A stretch of 64,000 bases of DNA. Origin: Marsupella aquatica (taxonomy: Eukaryota > Plantae > Marchantiophyta). The translations under genes were made by a program, and so were the position numbers. The DNA is taken from contig OZ316894.1 of assembly GCA_973895155.1 (NCBI GenBank), positions 5,108,944 to 5,172,943 on the forward strand, written 5' to 3'. Below, piece after piece: positions 58,620-64,000 of the stretch. Positions within the stretch are counted from its first letter, which is position 1, and each line of letters begins with the position of its first letter. The notes under the pieces were generated by a model. The model searched no databases. It was not told the origin of the DNA and saw only the letters and a list, made by a program, of their open reading frames with translations.

Positions 58620-59757
58620 TTAGACTGCCACAAATGGACTCAATCTGGGGTGAAAGGAAGACCCTATCCATTTGTATCTCATCTGAGCACTGGTGGCTGC
58701 GGGAACTGGGAAACAAGTCCACCCTCGTCAACGTTGTATGCAAGGACTCAACTGCCAGAGTCCACCCTGAAAAAAATGTAATTACCATCTCCCACTGGTT
58801 GACCAAATATATTGCCCACTTTCAGATCAGCAGGAGGGCCCCGAGCCAACTACACCAATCGTAGAGAATTTAGATCAGTCCTCAGCACCTGCAGAGTCTC
58901 GGGATACAACCCCTTCGTAACCAACATCAGCCAATTCGACTTGCAAACCACCACGTTGACGCTGACATTCTCGAGTACGTCGTCACATGAAACCTCAGTT
59001 CCTCGGAAGTCCCTTCCTCTGTGCTCATAACCAGGACAATCTGTGGGTTATTGACTGCCACCATGTAGAGAACTCCATTGAGATTCGTGGCAGTGGAAGG
59101 TCCCACAGAAAAATCCCCTGAAACAGCAAAATCTTTGCTGTTCCAGGTTTCTGACTTGGAGTCATAGATCTGCGCAAAATAGCCACTCCCACCACAGGAG
59201 AGGAGGATCAGATTGTATGTCTCCGTAGATGGGTCTATCACCAAATTGTTGCAGCTGACATAACTAGTCCTCAGCGGACAAGCTGGCAATAGCTTCCAGG
59301 TCCGGGTCAAAACGTTGGCCACATACAGATTATGCATCCCAGTCCCCGTTTTCGACCAGGGAAACCCATACAACAGAGTTCCTTCCATTCGCCAATATAA
59401 CCTGGACAGGAACTGATTCCCCAGGAACAAATTGTCAGGCAAGAAAGAAAGCGAGGGCAGTTTGGCCGAATTTTGAGATGCCCTGTCGTAAGCAAGGGCA
59501 TTCTCCTTGCCAATGAGGACAGGGGAGAAGCTCTCCCAACTGTTGGACCACTTACCCACCTGATTCTGAAATGATGCAGCAAGGGACTTCTGGGCTTCGT
59601 CAGATTGCGATGGAATGGGCGAGAATCTGGCCAGCCATGATTTCAAGAGGCCCCGAGCTTTGAATATGTACGGGAAAGGCACCATTGCAACAATCCTTTC
59701 TACTAAATCCCCCGGTAAGATCTGACTCACCTCCCCCAAGTTCTCTCCCACCACCAT
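58620..59757 (-). pseudogene. F-box protein gene, copy 3 (most complete; frameshifts in the 3' third)
   Basis: 276-aa ORF with F-box LPGDLVERIVAMVPFPYIFKARGLLKSW, VANVLTRTWKLLP, AQIYDSKSETW and NGVLY. The terminal SFHPRLSPFVAV* lies in another frame. Confidence 0.82.
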
Positions 59758-62700
59758 TTATGTTGCTGTGTTGTGTTCTTTCTAGAAGACGCAAGTATCT
59801 CAGAACGTCTGTGATCCAATCCTCTCCGTGCAGCTGCTCACTGTTTTGTTCATTCTGGAAGACGCAAGCATTTCAGAACGTCTGTAATCCAATCCTCTCC
59901 CTCCGAGGTCGGATATCCATGACGATTAAGATTGAAAACCTTCAGGAATCAACCAGGGAGTCAGGCCAGCCACAACACTAACCCGCAAAACAAATGAATT
60001 TGAGATTCGTTTCTATAAAATTCATTCACTCCAAGTTCTGCAGTCAGCTGGATGCTCCTCCACAGCTCGGCGTGGAAACCAGAAATGTAAGTGGCTGGGA
60101 GACAACGCAGAACTCGTGTACTAGACTGAAAGGGAACCACTTTTGTTCCGCTAATTTCCCCATGGATTTCGTTGTAAGAGGTGGAGTAGACTAATCCACG
60201 AGAATTCCAGACATGAGATTTCATGAGCGCTCCCAGCCACCTGTTCATCAGGACGGTGTGAGATCGCTTGCACAGATTTGGAGATTTGGGATGTTCAGTG
60301 AGAGGATGGCATCACTAAGTGACAACATTCCATCATGCAGCTTCGATTGAGAGAACTACTCAATTTTTCGTACAATTAACATACTTTCACGATGTCATTT
60401 GAGATCAGTTACCTTTAAAATCAGAGGCCCAGGTGGGGCCTAATTCAAAGATCAATCGCATGATGGGGACCTCAAATCCATTTAGTGGATGACAGCCAAA
60501 GCTTTGAGAAGAGGTGAACGCACATTGCTCCTCCCTGGGAAGGTCTTTGCAAAACATGGTCGAGTGCAATTGATTGGTTTTACAACAAGATCTGTCTACC
60601 TTGACAAGACCTGTCATTAGAAGAGACTGGTGCACTAACAACTTCATCACGCGCAGCAGTCTAGACCCGTGAACAAAAATCTTAAGTTCAAGCAAAGACG
60701 AAGCTTCGGATAGATTATGGAATACCTGATTGGTGCCTACTTTGATACTCCTAGATGACGATCAATCACCAATCCCGCCATGGCATACTGAACTTGACCG
60801 TGAAGAAGCCTTGCACTCTCACTTCATACCGTCAGACCTCCACACCATAGACCATTGAGAAATCAAGGAGACGAAGATGGATCACCGTAGATGTTCAGCT
60901 GAGGGCGCGAGAGCCTGCAGAAGACCTCTAGAGGACAAAAGTGTGGACCTCTGATATTCTTATCAACCATTTGTTTAACACCTTGGCATACCTTATTGGC
61001 GCTCGCCGAGCACATCGACGTATATTATTGAAGATTCTGATTGGTCCACTGGTAAAAATATTTGGGAATTCTCTAAACTCCATTGTTGAGGAGTATCTGA
61101 AGGACATATGAAAATTAAGGCATTGCCGGCTTTCCACTCTGGTGAGCACCCCTGAAAATTTCTTCCACTCTCCAAGAGAGCCACGGCGGGGCTAATTCAG
61201 CACATGTTGTGTACATTATCCTCTAACTGAAGGACCTCTTTCGCCCTTGTTTGGGACCAGCTCTCAACTTTTCACTTAATTTGCTTTCGTGCTTATTTGC
61301 GATGCGGTGAGGTAGACTCAGGAATTGAGGGATGAGGGATGTCCAAGATCGTATCACCTGAAGAACAATGGGCGTCCAGCCAACGAAGGTGTAGTGCCTG
61401 CTATTCAACAAGTACATGGAACAAGGTCCTGCCCAGGCTTCTCCTGCCAATGGGCTTGACGTACGCATGGCGTCAGCCCTTCCGGAAGCAAACCAATATT
61501 GAGCTTCTTCAAATTCACCAAGCAGGTTCATACCGCCATAGCCTGCAGGCATCCATGTGGCATTGCACATCGTCAATTGAATCTTTGCGCTAGCCACTCT
61601 ACCGGACGCCGAGATCTTAATTTTTGTTCCGATCGATCAATCGGCTCACAGATGAAACCATCGCGATCACTTCGTCATAGCTATGTTGAATAACAAAAGA
61701 GACAGCGCTATCATTATCAAATTTCATGAGGGCTTTCTCACTCGGCATCTAAGTTCTAAGTAAGCTTCAGGGAGTGTCCAATCTACTCTTTGAATCAATA
61801 GCTCCGATCCGTCTGCTGGTGATAAATGAGAATCGGTTTGGCTTGCCCTTGCTCGAGCTGTGGACAAGCAAGGAAGAGCTAGCTCATTGACGAACTCACT
61901 TGGACATGATCCCAGAGCAAATGTTGCCAGGGGATTGTGGGGAGAGCTGTGGCAGGAAGGGTTTTAGGTTCTCTCAAGGTTGGTGGTGAGTTTCTGGGCC
62001 AAATTCATGGAGGCCTCTGTTCTCATGGTGGTTGTTAGTAACCCACCTAGCCTGTGTTGTTCTCATGGTGGTTTGTTAGTATCCCACCTAGCTTGTGTTG
62101 TCAATAGTAACTGATGTTGAGCAGAAGTGCTCTTGGGGGGGAAGTGAGATGGCCAGGCAATTGCATACTGCGGGGAGTTGGCAAGTCAGTCAATTAGTTG
62201 GATTTCAATTAGTGTGCAAGTTGAGGGGAAAGTGATGGGTTGGACATGGAAAAGGTGCACCCTACAGTGGCCTGTGAAGTTGCCGCTCATAGTTAGGAAA
62301 AGATGTCCTATGAAGGTACTTCTCATGGTTAGTAAAAGATGTCAAAGTAATGCAACCTCACCTTAATCGAACTGCCAAGGAGGCATGACATTTTGTAAAG
62401 CACACTATGAGAAAGAAATAGTAGGATTGCACATTATAGTGTTTAGGAAGATACAATATCATATACTCTGAGTCCCTTCAATTTTCAGGCACTTTCATCA
62501 GTTCCCTATCAGTCAATTTATCATTCACTCCCATCAGAGGTCTTGCTTGTTTAGAAAACTCTATCAGGCAGTCCCTTAGGCAAATTTCTTCTCCGCTGAT
62601 CTTGCTGAATGGCCTTTTCTTTCAGTAGTCTTGCCATGGAGGAAAATTCCACTCAGCTGATCTGGCCGACTCATTGTTTTGCTTGGCGGCCTCAATGACT

Positions 62701-64000
62701 GGACATTTTTAGGGGAAAGAATCCACTTGTCCAAACTTCACTCCTTCAACTCGACAGCCCCGCTCAGGAGGACGGATCTTTACAAAAAGCACTGATGGAG
62801 AGACTGATACCTGATACCAACTACTGATAACCTAATGGGGTTATGACACTCGGTGTCATGTTAGTTGCATTGCTTGGTCTGGGAGTAAGGACGAGTGGAA
62901 AGGTAGCTGAACACCTGAGTCACAAGTATGACCTATTGATCACTCAACCTGGCAATTAAAGATTTGCTCTGGAGTCAAGCTATGAAGCTACAAAGTACTC
63001 TGTAGGTAATGTTTTGCGTGTTAAGTTGAAGTAACAGGTATGCCCTTTTGAGAGGTTTGGAAAATCCTCCCCATTTGTTGAGAAGAAATGAGCTGCCTCT
63101 AATATATCTTTTCAAGTTAGCAAAACCCTTGAAGGAGGCCTTGCTATGTGCATGGTTAACCAATTTCAGAGGAGAAGCAAAGTGAGATCTTACCAGGGTA
63201 TTTTCTAGGGTGTTTTTGTTGATTTGCCTAGGCAGTGAATGTTACCATGTGTCAAGGAGGAGATGCTACAAAATTCATGTGTCCATCCAAGTACCATTGT
63301 CAAACATTTTTGTCCGTCCCGCTTCCACTTCCAATAAATGTTTTATTGATCTTTTTCATGGTTTCTTTCCTTTCTTTACTATCCTATATATCCCCCACAC
63401 TAGTGGAAATTACTAATCTGCCCCCAAAACTAAACTAATTATCAGATTGCCCCCATTTCGTGTACCGGCTGGCTTAGCTCGACTATACTGACCCAAGATT
63501 ACTGGCATGCCAATGGGTTGCGCCCCACTTAAACGGCTGGAGGGGGTTAGCTTGGACAAATTATGTGCCTCAAACTATGAGCCTCCGTCCACTTGTCCCA
63601 AGACAAAATACGTGGCATCTTGGGCTTGTCTAGTCTGGTTGAGCCAAACCACATACAAAATGGGGGCATCCTGGTGATGCATTAGTTTTGGAGGCAGGTT
63701 ATTAAATCTTCATATTTTCATTTGAGTTCAAACTCAATTACCTACTGTCTTCCGGGGTCATTCAAGGGGGCATTCTCTTCATATAGAAAGTCTGGACCTT
63801 CAATTTGAGTTTCAACAATAAATATTGTAACATTTTTCTGTTGTAGGTCAAACTGACCTACCAACTTCCCCTGAACAGGTGGCCCAGGCCTTGTATTCGA
63901 ATAGTGCATGAGGGGGGAGTTCTACTGAAATCAAAAGCCCAATGGTAGACCTTCTATTTGCCTTTTTCAAACCATAAGTTCTGGCAAGAATCATATAGAG

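Larger units (their letters stand above)
51421..64000. repeat. Segmental tandem unit 3 (continues past the window end)
   Basis: Collinear with units 1 and 2; 63200-64000 matches 31620-32735. Confidence 0.8.

Overview
Eukaryotic, plant nuclear DNA. It is most likely a bryophyte/liverwort, inferred from the hydrolase-NLR gene class. The window is a tandem array of three related, rearranged segmental units (about 7106-32880, 32881-51420, and 51421 to beyond 64000). Each unit carries a minus-strand, five-exon alpha/beta-hydrolase-NB-ARC-LRR (HNL) immune receptor gene and an F-box gene relic. HNL copies 1 and 2 look intact (about 1366 and 1365 aa by my splice model). Copy 3 is a pseudogene that lost most of its NB-ARC in a 2.37-kb deletion. 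All F-box copies are broken. Transposons: (i) a decayed Ty3/gypsy element at 1646-7105 whose pol carries a DNMT3-like C5 cytosine methyltransferase before RT and a PHD finger after integrase, and whose 3' LTR has an A-B-A structure; (ii) a probable nested LTR at the left edge; (iii) a 5'-truncated Ty1/copia; (iv) a 3.8-kb TG..CA insertion with a 5-bp TSD and an internal ORF; (v) a 2.1-kb inverted-repeat element inside an F-box gene; (vi) small MITE-like elements. The most notable items are the methyltransferase+PHD retrotransposon and the diversifying HNL array. All calls come from reading motifs by eye; no searches were run.
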